DNA from: Spirochaetia bacterium | Lineage (GTDB): Bacteria > Spirochaetota > Spirochaetia > DSM-27196 > Salinispiraceae | Assembly: GCA_038204425.1 (NCBI GenBank) | Contig: JBBRCZ010000001.1 | Span: forward strand, 352,001-416,000 | Reading direction: 5' to 3' | Length of the DNA stretch: 64,000 nucleotides | Shown here: positions 48,872-58,800 of the stretch, piece by piece | Numbering within the stretch: position 1 is the first letter of the stretch | Layout: each line of letters opens with the position of its first letter | Position numbers and translations under genes: made by a program | Notes under the pieces: generated by a model | Told to the model about the DNA's origin: nothing | What the model saw: the letters and a program-made list of their open reading frames with translations, nothing else | Database searches by the model: none

Positions 48872-50154
48872 TCGTATAGAGCCGAATAGTCATACAGTTC
48901 CAGATTGTTATCCAAGAAATCAGTGAAAGCGACCCATTTTTTGCTCGGATGAACCGCCAGGCCAGTGGGTTGGTTTCTGCCCCAGACCCAATCAGTCTTT
49001 TGACCATTTGCACTGTCCAAGACGGAACTTGTTCCAAAATCTGGTCCGTTAATGAGGTAGTTACTTGGGTTGTTGTGCCCGCGACTAGATACAAAAATAA
49101 ACTTGCCATCAAGGCTTAGTCCCATAGTATTGAGTTTTGGTCCTACGTTGGCCTTCCAAAGAATTTTTTCGCTTGGTAGCGAAATGGCCCAGATTTGCCC
49201 TAACTCCATGTCGCTGGCATAGAGTATGTCGCCACTTGGACTAGTCAAAAGATGCCGTTTGGCCCCAAAGCCGAGCTTCATGCTGGCAAGTCGCTTAAAA
49301 CTTGACAAATCGAACTTATCTATATTGCCTGTGGAAAAAATAGCGGCATATAAAATTTTTGTATCATGATTAATAGCCATACCGCGTGGGATGCCCGTAC
49401 ATTTGAGCTTTCTGAGAACAATTTTCTTCTCAGTATCTATTACCGAAATATCCTCAGACAGCCAGTTAGACACAAAGGCCAGTTTTGAAGCTGAATCCAG
49501 TAGGATGACCTTTGACCAAGATCCTCCAGTTTTTATGCTACCCTTGTAGGCAAAGTCGTCCAAAGAATAGATATGCACTTCCGCAGTCGTCATCTGCGAA
49601 ATCCAAACTTCATTGTTCCAAGGCACAAATGCAAATTCAACAAAACCTGTGCTTTTGTTTCCCCGCGGCGGTATATCAATTTCACGAACAAACTTGAAAG
49701 GCTCGGTTTGGTAAAGGTCAAAACCAGCTCCAGATAGCTGGGCTACAAGAGCGTAGCTTCCATCTGGGCTAAAGATTACACTTTTTGGTTGAGAGCCGGT
49801 TGGAAACTCGCCAAGCAACTGCAGCTTTGACTCTAGTCGCTCAAGCTTGATTTCGACAGATTTGGTTTTTTGGGGGTCGATTAACAATGGAAAGGATTGA
49901 TAACCCCTAGCAAGCAAAAGGTAGACTTTTTTCTGATTTTTGAGTCGATAGCTACGCCATTCTTTGCTAGTTCTCAGCGGTTTAAGTTGGATGTCATCTT
50001 CATAGACTTGATACTCACTTGGAAAAACTTTAAATGAAACTATTCGGTAGCCGTCGGCAGCTCCAAGTGTAGCGGTACTAGGCGTCAGACCAGAGAACGC
50101 AAGACAAAAAAATAGCGGAGAAAAGAAGATGAAGCTTCGACGCAAGCGAATCAT
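48868..50154 (-). CDS. YncE/YVTN beta-propeller repeat protein
   Basis: Repeats TGSQPKSVIFSPDG, AFVSNWLSEDISVID, GIPRGMA, QPTGLAV; signal peptide. Confidence 0.85.
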   Translation of the reverse strand: MIRLRRSFIFFSPLFFCLAFSGLTPSTATLGAADGYRIVSFKVFPSEYQVYEDDIQLKPLRTSKEWRSYRLKNQKKVYLLLARGYQSFPLLIDPQKTKSVEIKLERLESKLQLLGEFPTGSQPKSVIFSPDGSYALVAQLSGAGFDLYQTEPFKFVREIDIPPRGNKSTGFVEFAFVPWNNEVWISQMTTAEVHIYSLDDFAYKGSIKTGGSWSKVILLDSASKLAFVSNWLSEDISVIDTEKKIVLRKLKCTGIPRGMAINHDTKILYAAIFSTGNIDKFDLSSFKRLASMKLGFGAKRHLLTSPSGDILYASDMELGQIWAISLPSEKILWKANVGPKLNTMGLSLDGKFIFVSSRGHNNPSNYLINGPDFGTSSVLDSANGQKTDWVWGRNQPTGLAVHPSKKWVAFTDFLDNNLELYDYSALYD

Positions 50155-50164
50155 TGTCTATACC

Positions 50165-51625
50165 CTACCATTTTGCTATTAAGCGAAAACCTATGCTTTG
50201 ACTCGTGGCCTCAGGTGCAAAAAAGCCGCGCTTTTGGGCGTAAAGATTTGAAGCCAAACTATCCCATGCCCCGCCACGCACTACTTTTGACAAGACCCGA
50301 CTGCTAAATCCTTCAAGCGCATCCTGTACCGACTCATCGCGACTTGGTCCCAAAGGATCAAGTCTGGTTCCATTGACTTGGACACGTGAGTAAGTCTTTT
50401 CTCCATACCAATCACTGCACCACTCCCAGACATTTCCAATCATCTGTAAGCGCCAAGTCTCGCTAGTAGAAAAGTTGCTGTTAGTGATAGCAGGCCTGCG
50501 CCATACTCTTTGTCGATTGGCTAAATAAAAGTTGACTGGCGCAGTTGGCCCACCACGTCGTGTAAAGGGGCTAACAAGGTCTTCAAAAACATCGCGGCTT
50601 CTTTCGTAATTGGCGAGTTCACCATTTAACGCCCCAAACCATGGATTGGAAGCGCCTATTCCAAGACTTGCAGCAAGTTCCCATTCTGCCTCACTAGGCA
50701 AGGCAAACGGTGCTTGTTGACCAGTAAGATCCCAAGCACGATTTATCTCAGCGATAAGAAATCTTGCTCCGTGCCAGGTAATGCCAACTGCAGGATGTTG
50801 CTCGTAGCCAGAGTTGGCTTGCAAGCGACCACCGTTGAGCAGCAGCCCATGCTGGATTCCTTTGTCTAATGTACCCAGTTGCAGTACCACTGAGTGACTA
50901 AGATCGTTGACTCGGTCATCTACTATTTTGACAAAATCTTGGGATAGCATGCGATTGGTCAAAGCGGCCAACATGAGGTTGTTAATCGGCTCGCTGGCTA
51001 TGGAAAAAGCTTGGCTAAGCGTTACTTGGTGTTTTGGACGTTCGTCGTTTGATCCACTTGCCCTACCCATCTCAAAGCTTATGGTGGATCCAGACTTTAG
51101 GATCTCAAGTGTTTGAGGAAAAGCCAAAATTTGATTGGAAAGGCCTTGGTAGCTGAACGCAGAATTTTTTGAGGTAATGGTCCATTGAACTGATTGGTAA
51201 GAACTTTTTTGGATCAGTCCTTGTTCGGCCCCAACGCGAATGTAGTTTTTGTCGGTTTGAAAGCGCAAGACTTGGACAGCCGCCCCGACAGCCTCAATTC
51301 TTAGTTGGACATCAAACGATGGTTCTGAGCTGTTCCACATGAAGCTAAAAGGCGGTCCAATGATTGCGTCACCCGAAAGCGGATAAGCAAGCAACGGCTT
51401 GATTTTAGTGCTGTAGTTAAATTGGTCTTGTTTAGCAAGGGTTAGCTCGGGCTCTGCAGAGTCTTGAATTTGTTCTTGCTTATCAGGTGCTTTAGGAATA
51501 GAGTCGCTTTGCTCAATGGAGGTGCTCGAACAAGAGTTTGTTAAACCAGACAAAACTATTAGGACCAGCGCCATTGTGAAGAACAACGACCATGTTTGAT
51601 TACTTGTGGTCACCATTAGCTTCAT
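50165..51625 (-). CDS. Formylglycine-generating enzyme (SUMF1/FGE-sulfatase) domain protein, probable lipoprotein
   Basis: FEMG, DERPKHQV, HPAVGITW, LPSEAEWE, MIGNVWEWCSDWY, VVRGGAW, IGFR. Confidence 0.9.
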   Translation of the reverse strand: MKLMVTTSNQTWSLFFTMALVLIVLSGLTNSCSSTSIEQSDSIPKAPDKQEQIQDSAEPELTLAKQDQFNYSTKIKPLLAYPLSGDAIIGPPFSFMWNSSEPSFDVQLRIEAVGAAVQVLRFQTDKNYIRVGAEQGLIQKSSYQSVQWTITSKNSAFSYQGLSNQILAFPQTLEILKSGSTISFEMGRASGSNDERPKHQVTLSQAFSIASEPINNLMLAALTNRMLSQDFVKIVDDRVNDLSHSVVLQLGTLDKGIQHGLLLNGGRLQANSGYEQHPAVGITWHGARFLIAEINRAWDLTGQQAPFALPSEAEWELAASLGIGASNPWFGALNGELANYERSRDVFEDLVSPFTRRGGPTAPVNFYLANRQRVWRRPAITNSNFSTSETWRLQMIGNVWEWCSDWYGEKTYSRVQVNGTRLDPLGPSRDESVQDALEGFSSRVLSKVVRGGAWDSLASNLYAQKRGFFAPEATSQSIGFRLIAKW

Positions 51626-52746
51626 TTTTTCTTACTCAGTGTTCGCTCTTTATAGAACCTAAACGATTCATACATGTGAACCAATCTATAAAACAAAAAC
51701 CCCAATGCATAGTCCCAGCTTCCTGCGTAGTGCAGAATATTACCCCCGAAACCTGTTTTAAACTGATAGAGACCAAACATTGGATGGCTCTCATCAGATG
51801 TCGGTGGAATGCCAAAAAAGTCGTAGGACAGGCTTCCGCGTTGCTTGGCCATGCTTATTGCCGCCCATTGCAAGCAATAGGCAGGCATCAAGTTGCGCTT
51901 TGCATTTGAAGAGGCCCCATAGAGATAGCTTGTTCTTTGGCCAAAGTGTAGCAAAATGACGCCGGCCAAAAGCTCGCCCTCATGCTCGGCCAGCAAAAGC
52001 TGACAGTTTTCTGGATTGTTGTGCAAAAGTTTTTGGTAATAGGCCATGGAATGGATACCAATATGGTCACGTTCTGCCGTTTGGGCGTACAGCTGATACC
52101 AGCTTGGCAATTCGCTAGCTGTTGCCACTCTAACTAAAACACCTTTTTTTTGAGAAAGCCTAATATTATAGCGAGTTTTGGCTTTCATAGCTGCCAAAAG
52201 CTCGTCTTCAGTTGGTCTAAGGTCTAAGACTACCGTGTCAGGGGGTTGGATGTCGGCAGGCGCTCGATTAAGGCCCAAAAAGCCAAGTTCTTCCCGCATA
52301 GCAGAAGTCCACGAGGGCTTTTTGTCGTCTTCGATTAGGCTAGGATGACTGGCAACAATCCAATCGAGGTCAAAACGAACACAAAGCAATCGTTTGCCAA
52401 TTGCTTGCGCCACACTTTTTGCAACAATTGCAAGTACCGCTTCTTTTTTGCCTAGTCCGTGGCTGGCCAGCTGCTGGGCCTGCTGCTCACTTGGCCCGTG
52501 AGGAACATAAGCTAAGAAAAGACCCCAAGCAAGTGGCCTAAGCAGTACCATGAGCTCAAAGGTGAAATTGGTGCTTCCATTGGTCTCTAAGCGTAGCGCA
52601 TAGGGTTGCCAGCCAAAAAGCTGTTTGTGCTCTGCCCAAAGGCGGCTTTGCAGAAACGATTCTTTGGGCGCAAAACTTTCCAATGTAATGACTTTGGCAT
52701 TGAGAGTTAACTGCGCGTCTACGAAGCTTTGCGAGGCTCTTGTCAT
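51622..52746 (-). CDS. FemAB/FemX family peptidoglycan aminoacyltransferase
   Basis: SFLQS..W, YVPHGP, KTRYNIR, YLYGASS, LQWAAI, YDFFG, FKTGFGG. Confidence 0.92.
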   Translation of the reverse strand: MTRASQSFVDAQLTLNAKVITLESFAPKESFLQSRLWAEHKQLFGWQPYALRLETNGSTNFTFELMVLLRPLAWGLFLAYVPHGPSEQQAQQLASHGLGKKEAVLAIVAKSVAQAIGKRLLCVRFDLDWIVASHPSLIEDDKKPSWTSAMREELGFLGLNRAPADIQPPDTVVLDLRPTEDELLAAMKAKTRYNIRLSQKKGVLVRVATASELPSWYQLYAQTAERDHIGIHSMAYYQKLLHNNPENCQLLLAEHEGELLAGVILLHFGQRTSYLYGASSNAKRNLMPAYCLQWAAISMAKQRGSLSYDFFGIPPTSDESHPMFGLYQFKTGFGGNILHYAGSWDYALGFLFYRLVHMYESFRFYKERTLSKKK

Positions 52747-55007
52747 TAGCCAATCTCGCCGTTAAGCACTTCATGAGTAACAAGCGCTTTGTCAGCCACC
52801 AAGAGCCGTGTTGTGCCGAGTAACACATTGCGATTATCACAATGCAAGGGAATTGCAAAAAAGTTATCAATAGAAATAGTCGGGCACGGACCGGATGCGC
52901 TGTGACCCTCAAGGTAGACTTGGTCGCCTGGCTTTGCATCTGGAGCAAAGATTACTTCTACCTTTTCGCCACCTTCTGGTTTGGGCGCGCTTGCTGCCAA
53001 GAGCATGCCCGCAGAGACCACTCCCCTAAGCTTGGCTGGCTTGAGATTGGCAACAACTATGATGTTCTTGCCCAAAAGCTGATCTTCTGAGTAGTGAGGG
53101 ACCAAACCAGAAACTATGGTTCGGACTGTGCCCGAACCATCATCTAATGTTTCTATATACAATTTTTCGGCATCGGGATGGCGCGCTATATCTACGATTT
53201 TGGCAACTCGCAGTTCTACGCTTTTGGTAAACTGATCTTCTAAGCTCAATGCCACCTTTTGGTCTGGAGCCAGAATTTCTGCTTGCGCATCTGCTTGAGC
53301 TTTGCTTTCGGCATCGTTTTGGCGAGCTTCTCTTTCGGCCTGGCTACCGGCAAATCGCAGCCGCAACGTTTCTATCAAGTCATCCTCAAGTTGCACAAAC
53401 AGCAAGTCAGGTTTGGCAAACTCACTCGGCCCGGGCCAAAGCTGCCATTGCGCCAAAGTAGACCAAGCAACATTTTGGGTATCCAAACCTAATACACCTA
53501 AAATTGCATCAGAACTTGCAGGCATGTAAGGTCTAACCATAATTGCAAGATCTCGGATTAAGAACAGCAAACTAACCAGTATATTGCGGGCTAGTTCAGG
53601 GTCGTTGTTGCGAAGTTTCCATGGTTCATTGTCTTGAAAAAGTTTGTTTCCCATGCCTGAAATTTCAAAAATGTTTCTAAATCCGTCGCGCAAATTTGCC
53701 CATTCCAAAAACTCACTGGTCCGCACTTGTGCGGCTTTAACTTGTTGGTGAAAGTCAGCTATCAGGGGAATGCTCAGATCAAGTTCCAAACTTGCCAAAG
53801 GAAAGAAGCGATTCCAAAAACTGAGGGTACGATTGACGAGGTTGCCCAAGTTTCCTATTAGCTCTTTGTTGACTTTTTCTTGGAAGTCCTTCCATGTAAA
53901 AGTGTAGTCACTGGTCTCAGGTCGATTATAAAAGATATAGAAGCGCCAGACATCGGCCGGAATGCCGGTATCCCGTGCGTCGGTACCAAAAACACCCACT
54001 CCTTTGGATTTAGAAAACTTGCCAGCTTCATAGTTTAAGAACTCAGTTGAACTCATATGGTGCAACATGGTCCAGTTGTCGCCACTTGCTATCTGGCTTG
54101 CTGGGAATATTACAGTATGAAAAGGAATGTTGTCTTTGCCAATAAACTGAAAGAGTTCAACATCCTTGGTGTCCTTCCACCAGCTCTTCCATTCTGGCGT
54201 ATAGTCGGCCGAAATAGAAATGTAGCCAATTGGTGCGTCAAACCAAACGTAAAAAACTTTGTGTTCAAATCCTGCAAGCGGAACTGGAATGCCCCACTTG
54301 AGGTCACGTGTGATGGCACGCTCTTTGAGCCCATCTCTAATCCAGCCTTGCGTCATTTGAATAGCGTTCTTAGCCCACTTTCCTTTGACCGAGGCTGTTT
54401 GGATCCAAGCCTCGAGCTTGTCTTTGATGGCAGGTAGATTGATGTACAAGTGTTTAGTTTGTCGAACAACAGGAGTGGTTCCGTCAATTTGCGATTTTGG
54501 GTCGATTAAGTCAGTTGGCTCTAGCAGTTTTCCACAGTTTTCGCATTGATCACCGCGCGCTTCTTGGTAGCCGCAGTGCGGACAGGTTCCGCGCACATAG
54601 CGGTCGGCCAAAAACATGTCGCTTTTTTCGCTGTAAAGTTGCTCAATAGTGTGTTGGGTAATATAGCCGTTGTCGTAGATCTTCTTGAACATGTCCTGCA
54701 CAATTTCTGTCTGAACCTGACGAGAGGTTCGACCAAAGTGGTCAAACTGAATGCCAAACCATTTGTAAATTTCTGTGTGGATGGCGTTAAAACGATCGCA
54801 CAGTTCTCGTGGGCTAATGCCCTCTTCTCGGGCCTTGGTTTCGGTAGCAGTACCATATTCATCAGTGCCACAAACGTAAAGGGTTTCATAGCCACGCTGG
54901 CGACAAAAACGGGCAAAGACATCGGCAGACAAAACCTGAATCAGATTGCCCAAATGAGGAATATTGTTGACGTAGGGCAAGGCGCTGGTAATGAGTCTCT
55001 TTTTCAT
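52746..55007 (-). CDS. metG: Methionine--tRNA ligase with C-terminal tRNA-binding domain
   Basis: ITSALPYVN..HLGN, GTDEYG, zinc knuckle CPHC/CENC, YVWFDA, KFSKS, ANLKPAKLRG. Confidence 0.98.
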   Translation of the reverse strand: MKKRLITSALPYVNNIPHLGNLIQVLSADVFARFCRQRGYETLYVCGTDEYGTATETKAREEGISPRELCDRFNAIHTEIYKWFGIQFDHFGRTSRQVQTEIVQDMFKKIYDNGYITQHTIEQLYSEKSDMFLADRYVRGTCPHCGYQEARGDQCENCGKLLEPTDLIDPKSQIDGTTPVVRQTKHLYINLPAIKDKLEAWIQTASVKGKWAKNAIQMTQGWIRDGLKERAITRDLKWGIPVPLAGFEHKVFYVWFDAPIGYISISADYTPEWKSWWKDTKDVELFQFIGKDNIPFHTVIFPASQIASGDNWTMLHHMSSTEFLNYEAGKFSKSKGVGVFGTDARDTGIPADVWRFYIFYNRPETSDYTFTWKDFQEKVNKELIGNLGNLVNRTLSFWNRFFPLASLELDLSIPLIADFHQQVKAAQVRTSEFLEWANLRDGFRNIFEISGMGNKLFQDNEPWKLRNNDPELARNILVSLLFLIRDLAIMVRPYMPASSDAILGVLGLDTQNVAWSTLAQWQLWPGPSEFAKPDLLFVQLEDDLIETLRLRFAGSQAEREARQNDAESKAQADAQAEILAPDQKVALSLEDQFTKSVELRVAKIVDIARHPDAEKLYIETLDDGSGTVRTIVSGLVPHYSEDQLLGKNIIVVANLKPAKLRGVVSAGMLLAASAPKPEGGEKVEVIFAPDAKPGDQVYLEGHSASGPCPTISIDNFFAIPLHCDNRNVLLGTTRLLVADKALVTHEVLNGEIG

Positions 55008-55015
55008 ATGTGGTC

Positions 55016-55045
55016 AATGTATAAAGCGCTTCGCCTACCTGTCAA
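55016..55045 (-). promoter_or_regulatory. metG sigma70-like promoter, near-leaderless
   Basis: TTGACA (55045-55040), 18-nt spacer, TACATT (55021-55016), 8 nt, ATG; no SD. Confidence 0.55.
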
Positions 55046-55895
55046 GGCTATGCTGGCAATGAGGACAGCAAGAACTGGCGTCGCCCTGGCAGCTTTGGCA
55101 GACTATAATCTTTTGATTGCAGCTCTTGTTGTTGCAATTTACATAGAGAGAACTGGGTTTTTTGCAAATACTGCAATTTGAAATTTCGGGCACGTCGTTG
55201 GCAAAAGAGATTGCTATGCGGCGGTCAAAAACATAGCAGCGCCCCTTCCATAGTCCCTTGTCTTTAAAGGTTTGCCCATATTTAACTATGCCGCCATCAA
55301 GGTGATAAACCTCACTAAAACCTTTGTGGCGCATGTAGGCTGACAAATATTCGCAGCGGATATCGCCGGTACAGTAGGTTAAGATTGGCTTGTCTTTTGG
55401 CAGGGAATCAAGATGCTGCTTAATGTCCCTAAAGGCCTTAATTGGTGGAGTTAGCAGGTTTTTGGAGTCAAAAACACCAATCGCCGACTCGTAGTCGTTG
55501 CGAGCATCAAGTACAGTCACCTCAGGATTGTTGCGCAAGTACTCATGCCACTCTTTGGGTTTTAAACCCTTGCTTGGCTTAAAGACATCAAAGGACTCAT
55601 CTGGTGCCAAGGCAACTAGCTCTTTGCGAACTTTGATGCTTAAGCGTGGAAAATCCTGAATCTGGCCGCTAGACCACTTGTACTCAATACCGGCAAAATC
55701 GCGACTGCGATTGTTTTCTCTCACGTAAGCTTTGAGCCCCTCAACATTCCCCGCCAAGGTACCGTTGATACCTTGCCATGAGACAATGACCCTACCTGTC
55801 AGGCCGTAGCGCTCGCAAAGCTGACGCTGCCAAAACATAGTCACCTCAGTGTCGGCAACTGCTACAAATTTGTAGTAGAGGATAATCTTTTCCAT
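55035..55895 (-). CDS. trhO: Rhodanese-domain tRNA uridine(34) hydroxylase TrhO (YceA)
   Basis: ILYYKF, GINGT, FPRLSIKVR, DARNDYE, YCTGDIRCE, LDGGIVKY, WKGRCYVFDRR, Cys-rich tail; SD GGAG before ATG at 55895. Confidence 0.9.
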   Translation of the reverse strand: MEKIILYYKFVAVADTEVTMFWQRQLCERYGLTGRVIVSWQGINGTLAGNVEGLKAYVRENNRSRDFAGIEYKWSSGQIQDFPRLSIKVRKELVALAPDESFDVFKPSKGLKPKEWHEYLRNNPEVTVLDARNDYESAIGVFDSKNLLTPPIKAFRDIKQHLDSLPKDKPILTYCTGDIRCEYLSAYMRHKGFSEVYHLDGGIVKYGQTFKDKGLWKGRCYVFDRRIAISFANDVPEISNCSICKKPSSLYVNCNNKSCNQKIIVCQSCQGDASSCCPHCQHSLDR

Positions 55896-55927
55896 TTCTA
55901 AACTAACTCCGGGCATTTTTGCAAATT

Positions 55928-55977
55928 AATACGACTGTAAACACATCAATTGTAGGCACACTAATAAATACGACTGT
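55928..55977. repeat. Pair of 11-bp direct repeats AATACGACTGT upstream of trhO
   Basis: Exact copies at 55928-55938 and 55967-55977. Confidence 0.75.
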
Positions 55978-56036
55978 TTTTATCAGCCACAGATTATCTG
56001 TGTCGAGGGACTAAGTCAAACGTATTGGGCCCTAAA

Positions 56037-57758
56037 TCAGTATCTTTCAAAAAGTGCCACTAGCCAGTCTTTGCCGAGAGTTTTTAGGAAACCTGCCAAG
56101 CGTGGCCCTGCGGTTTTTCCAATCAGTACCTTATAAACTGTCTGAAAGAAGGCTTTAGGATCCATAGCTCGTTCACGCGCCATTTGATAGATTGCATTTT
56201 GCAATTCTTTATCTTCCCAGCCTTGTAAGTTACGACCCTGGCCCCAGACCCCAGTTTTGCCTTCAACTATTTCTTGTAGTCCATGCAGGGCATGCAGCTC
56301 TGTTTGACTGAGACTCGCCAATTGGTCTTCAGGAGTTTTTATAGTAAAGGTAAAGTCTTCTGGAGCAAAGTTTTTGAGCCAGTTCCAAGCGCAGGTGCTA
56401 CGCTCTGTTAGGCGCCGCATGTTTTCTAATCCAGCCGGACTTTGATCCAGTTGTCCTTTTGCGCGTGCTTCAGCAGTACCAGGAAAGGCAGAAATCACGC
56501 GATCAAGGTCGCCATTAAATGTCAGAAGCAGGTTGCATAACTGCCTAAAGGGTATTTGTAGTGGCATAAAAGGCAAGCTAGTAGCTTGATCTGCAACCTG
56601 AGATAGCTCGTAGATACGTTTTTCTTTGGCCAAAGTGCGCTCAATTGTGCTGGCATGGCTGGCATCGATTGATTCCAGACCGTAGTAAAGGCGCTCAGTG
56701 CGGTCATAGTCTTCGTAAATCTTTATAACGTCCAAGTCAAAACTGATAGAAAACTCAGTATTTGGTCGTGTTCCCGCAAACATGTAGCGCGCTATTTCGG
56801 CAGTAAAAACTTCTAAAACATCGTAGAGGTCTATCACTTCGCCGGAACTCGAGCTTATTTTTCCTCCGCGACCTTTGATGCTGATAAAGTCGTATTGGAA
56901 GCTAATGGGCGCTTTGATACCATAGACAGCTTCGCAGAGTTTTTCGGCGGTCGACCAACTGCCACCTTGGCTATGATGATCCTTACCGGCGGGTTCGAAA
57001 TCGACGCCTTCTACACTCCAACGCATCGGCCAATCAATGCGCCAAGGCAACTTGACGGCGGAGCTAGTGCGCAAGTCGACGGTCTCGGTTTGCTTGGTTT
57101 TGTCATCTTGATAGGTGATCTGCCACTCACCGTCCCAGGCCGTTACCGTAGTAGTGTCTTGGTTAGTAAAGTTGGAAAATACACTAATTGGCCACCACTC
57201 GCCTTCTAAATGCTCTGTTCTAAATTCGTTCAGGATTTCTTCGATGGTGTCTTTCTTTTCTAGGGCGATCTTTATTGTATGGGCATAGCGAGAGCTGCGA
57301 TAGTTTTGGGCCTGATAGATATACTCAGGCTCTACACCCACTTTGGGCAAGATCTTCTCAATTGCGACTTCGTGGTGACGAGCGTAGCTCTCTTGTTCAC
57401 CATAGGGATCGGGAACCAATACGATTGGCCAGCGCAGGTGTTGGATGAGCATTTCTTGATTGGGCATGTTTTTGGGAACCTTGCGAAAGACATCGTAGTC
57501 GTCCCAGCTATAAATAAAACGAACTTGTTTGCCACGTTTGCGTAAGGCTCTTACTACCAAGTCGACTGAGATTATTTCTCTAAAGTTGCCAATGTGTACC
57601 GTACCGGACGGGGTAATCCCCGATGCGCAGACAAAGCTGTCTCGTTGGCTGCCATCAGGATTGGTTCGTTCTTTAATTATACGTTCGGCAATCATGTCCG
57701 CCCAATGGACGATAACTTGGTCTGATTCGTTAGTTTCAAAGTTTACTTGTATGCTCAT
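56037..57758 (-). CDS. lysS: Lysine--tRNA ligase, class I
   Basis: HWAD, SGITPSGTVHIGN, KLPWRIDWPMRW, FEPAGKDH, KISSS, GPRL. Confidence 0.96.
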   Translation of the reverse strand: MSIQVNFETNESDQVIVHWADMIAERIIKERTNPDGSQRDSFVCASGITPSGTVHIGNFREIISVDLVVRALRKRGKQVRFIYSWDDYDVFRKVPKNMPNQEMLIQHLRWPIVLVPDPYGEQESYARHHEVAIEKILPKVGVEPEYIYQAQNYRSSRYAHTIKIALEKKDTIEEILNEFRTEHLEGEWWPISVFSNFTNQDTTTVTAWDGEWQITYQDDKTKQTETVDLRTSSAVKLPWRIDWPMRWSVEGVDFEPAGKDHHSQGGSWSTAEKLCEAVYGIKAPISFQYDFISIKGRGGKISSSSGEVIDLYDVLEVFTAEIARYMFAGTRPNTEFSISFDLDVIKIYEDYDRTERLYYGLESIDASHASTIERTLAKEKRIYELSQVADQATSLPFMPLQIPFRQLCNLLLTFNGDLDRVISAFPGTAEARAKGQLDQSPAGLENMRRLTERSTCAWNWLKNFAPEDFTFTIKTPEDQLASLSQTELHALHGLQEIVEGKTGVWGQGRNLQGWEDKELQNAIYQMARERAMDPKAFFQTVYKVLIGKTAGPRLAGFLKTLGKDWLVALFERY

Positions 57759-57766
57759 ATGGTTGC

Positions 57767-57796
57767 AGCTTAGCACAAAAACTTAGCGGCCGGCAA
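57767..57796 (-). promoter_or_regulatory. lysS sigma70-like promoter with extended -10, near-leaderless
   Basis: TTGCCG, 18-nt spacer, TGcTAAGCT, 8 nt, ATG at 57758. Confidence 0.5.
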
Positions 57797-57803
57797 CGTA
57801 AAG

Positions 57804-58625
57804 CTATTGACCCGAGGACTTCTCCAAGACCAACAGGCGATACTGCAAAAGTCCGCGTTTGAGCAAGGTTTTGCGCAGTGCCAAGGCTCGACAGCGCCGT
57901 AAGAAAACCGAGTGGTCTATATTTTTTGGTGCGCAGAGACTAATAAGGGCATAGACGTACCATAGCGGATCAAAGTTTTGGACGTAGGCACTAAGGTCCT
58001 GATTTTCTATAGTCTGCAAACCAGATTGGCCGGAAGCTGCTAACCACTCGTCAAGCTGGACGAGGCCTGTGAGATCAAGAGCTTGCCTATACTGGCTCAC
58101 TAGCAGCATATCCTTGGCATCGAGTGTCAGCTCGGAACTGCTCAAAAACTCCTGACAGACTATAAATCTGCCTTCTGGCCTCAGCGCTTTGGCCACCAGT
58201 CCGACGATCACAAAAGCGGCACGGGAATGAACCAAGGCATCCTGCGAAAAGACAATGTCTTGACTAGGAAAGAGACGCCAGGTACTGACCTGGTCAAAGT
58301 CGGCAGCAAAAAGTCTAACCGTTAACTGTCGATTGAGTTTTTCTACTTCTTCTAGACCCAGCTGTTGTTCAATTTGACTTATGCTTATTCCTGAGTACTG
58401 TCCGTCGCGGACATCGGCTAAATAGTTAAGCGTTTCTCCCCGTCCACAACCAAGGTCAAGTACTTTACGGGCCTCAAGCTGGTTGCAGTGTCCAATCAAA
58501 AGTCCATCGGCGTAATGCAGGAACTGACGCTTTTTGGTGAGCCCAGGAGCCTTTACCTGTTGACGAAGGCTTCTGCCACGATTTGCGTTGTAAAAAGCTG
58601 TGAGATCGAGCGGCAATGCTTGCAT
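57804..58625 (-). CDS. Class I SAM-dependent methyltransferase
   Basis: VLDLGCGRG, GISIS, ADF, LRPEGRFIV; SD AGGGG before ATG at 58625. Confidence 0.85.
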   Translation of the reverse strand: MQALPLDLTAFYNANRGRSLRQQVKAPGLTKKRQFLHYADGLLIGHCNQLEARKVLDLGCGRGETLNYLADVRDGQYSGISISQIEQQLGLEEVEKLNRQLTVRLFAADFDQVSTWRLFPSQDIVFSQDALVHSRAAFVIVGLVAKALRPEGRFIVCQEFLSSSELTLDAKDMLLVSQYRQALDLTGLVQLDEWLAASGQSGLQTIENQDLSAYVQNFDPLWYVYALISLCAPKNIDHSVFLRRCRALALRKTLLKRGLLQYRLLVLEKSSGQ

Positions 58626-58764
58626 TGATGCACCCCTTTGGCGCAATAGTAGCACAGGTTATTTGCTTACATAAGCCCCTAAGTGCAGGCATTCAGGCAG
58701 GCGAGAACTGGCAAAGATCGACTAAAGGCCTAGCAAAAGCGCGTCGCTATGCGCCAAACCCCTT

Positions 58765-58792
58765 TTGCAGCCTGCCGCCCTTGGTCTATAAT
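58765..58792 (+). promoter_or_regulatory. glnS sigma70-like promoter, near-leaderless
   Basis: TTGCAG, 16-nt spacer, TATAAT (58787-58792), 8 nt, ATG at 58801. Confidence 0.55.
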
Positions 58793-58800
58793 CTGGGGCT

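Noticed and set aside
54546..55181. 211-aa plus-strand ORF antisense to metG and trhO, and other antisense ORFs in the track
   Set aside because: Fully overlap well-supported genes and show no recognisable motifs
55923..55936. AAATTAATACGACT matches the upstream half of the T7 promoter
   Set aside because: The match stops before CACTATAG and there is no phage or vector context; treated as coincidence within the direct repeat
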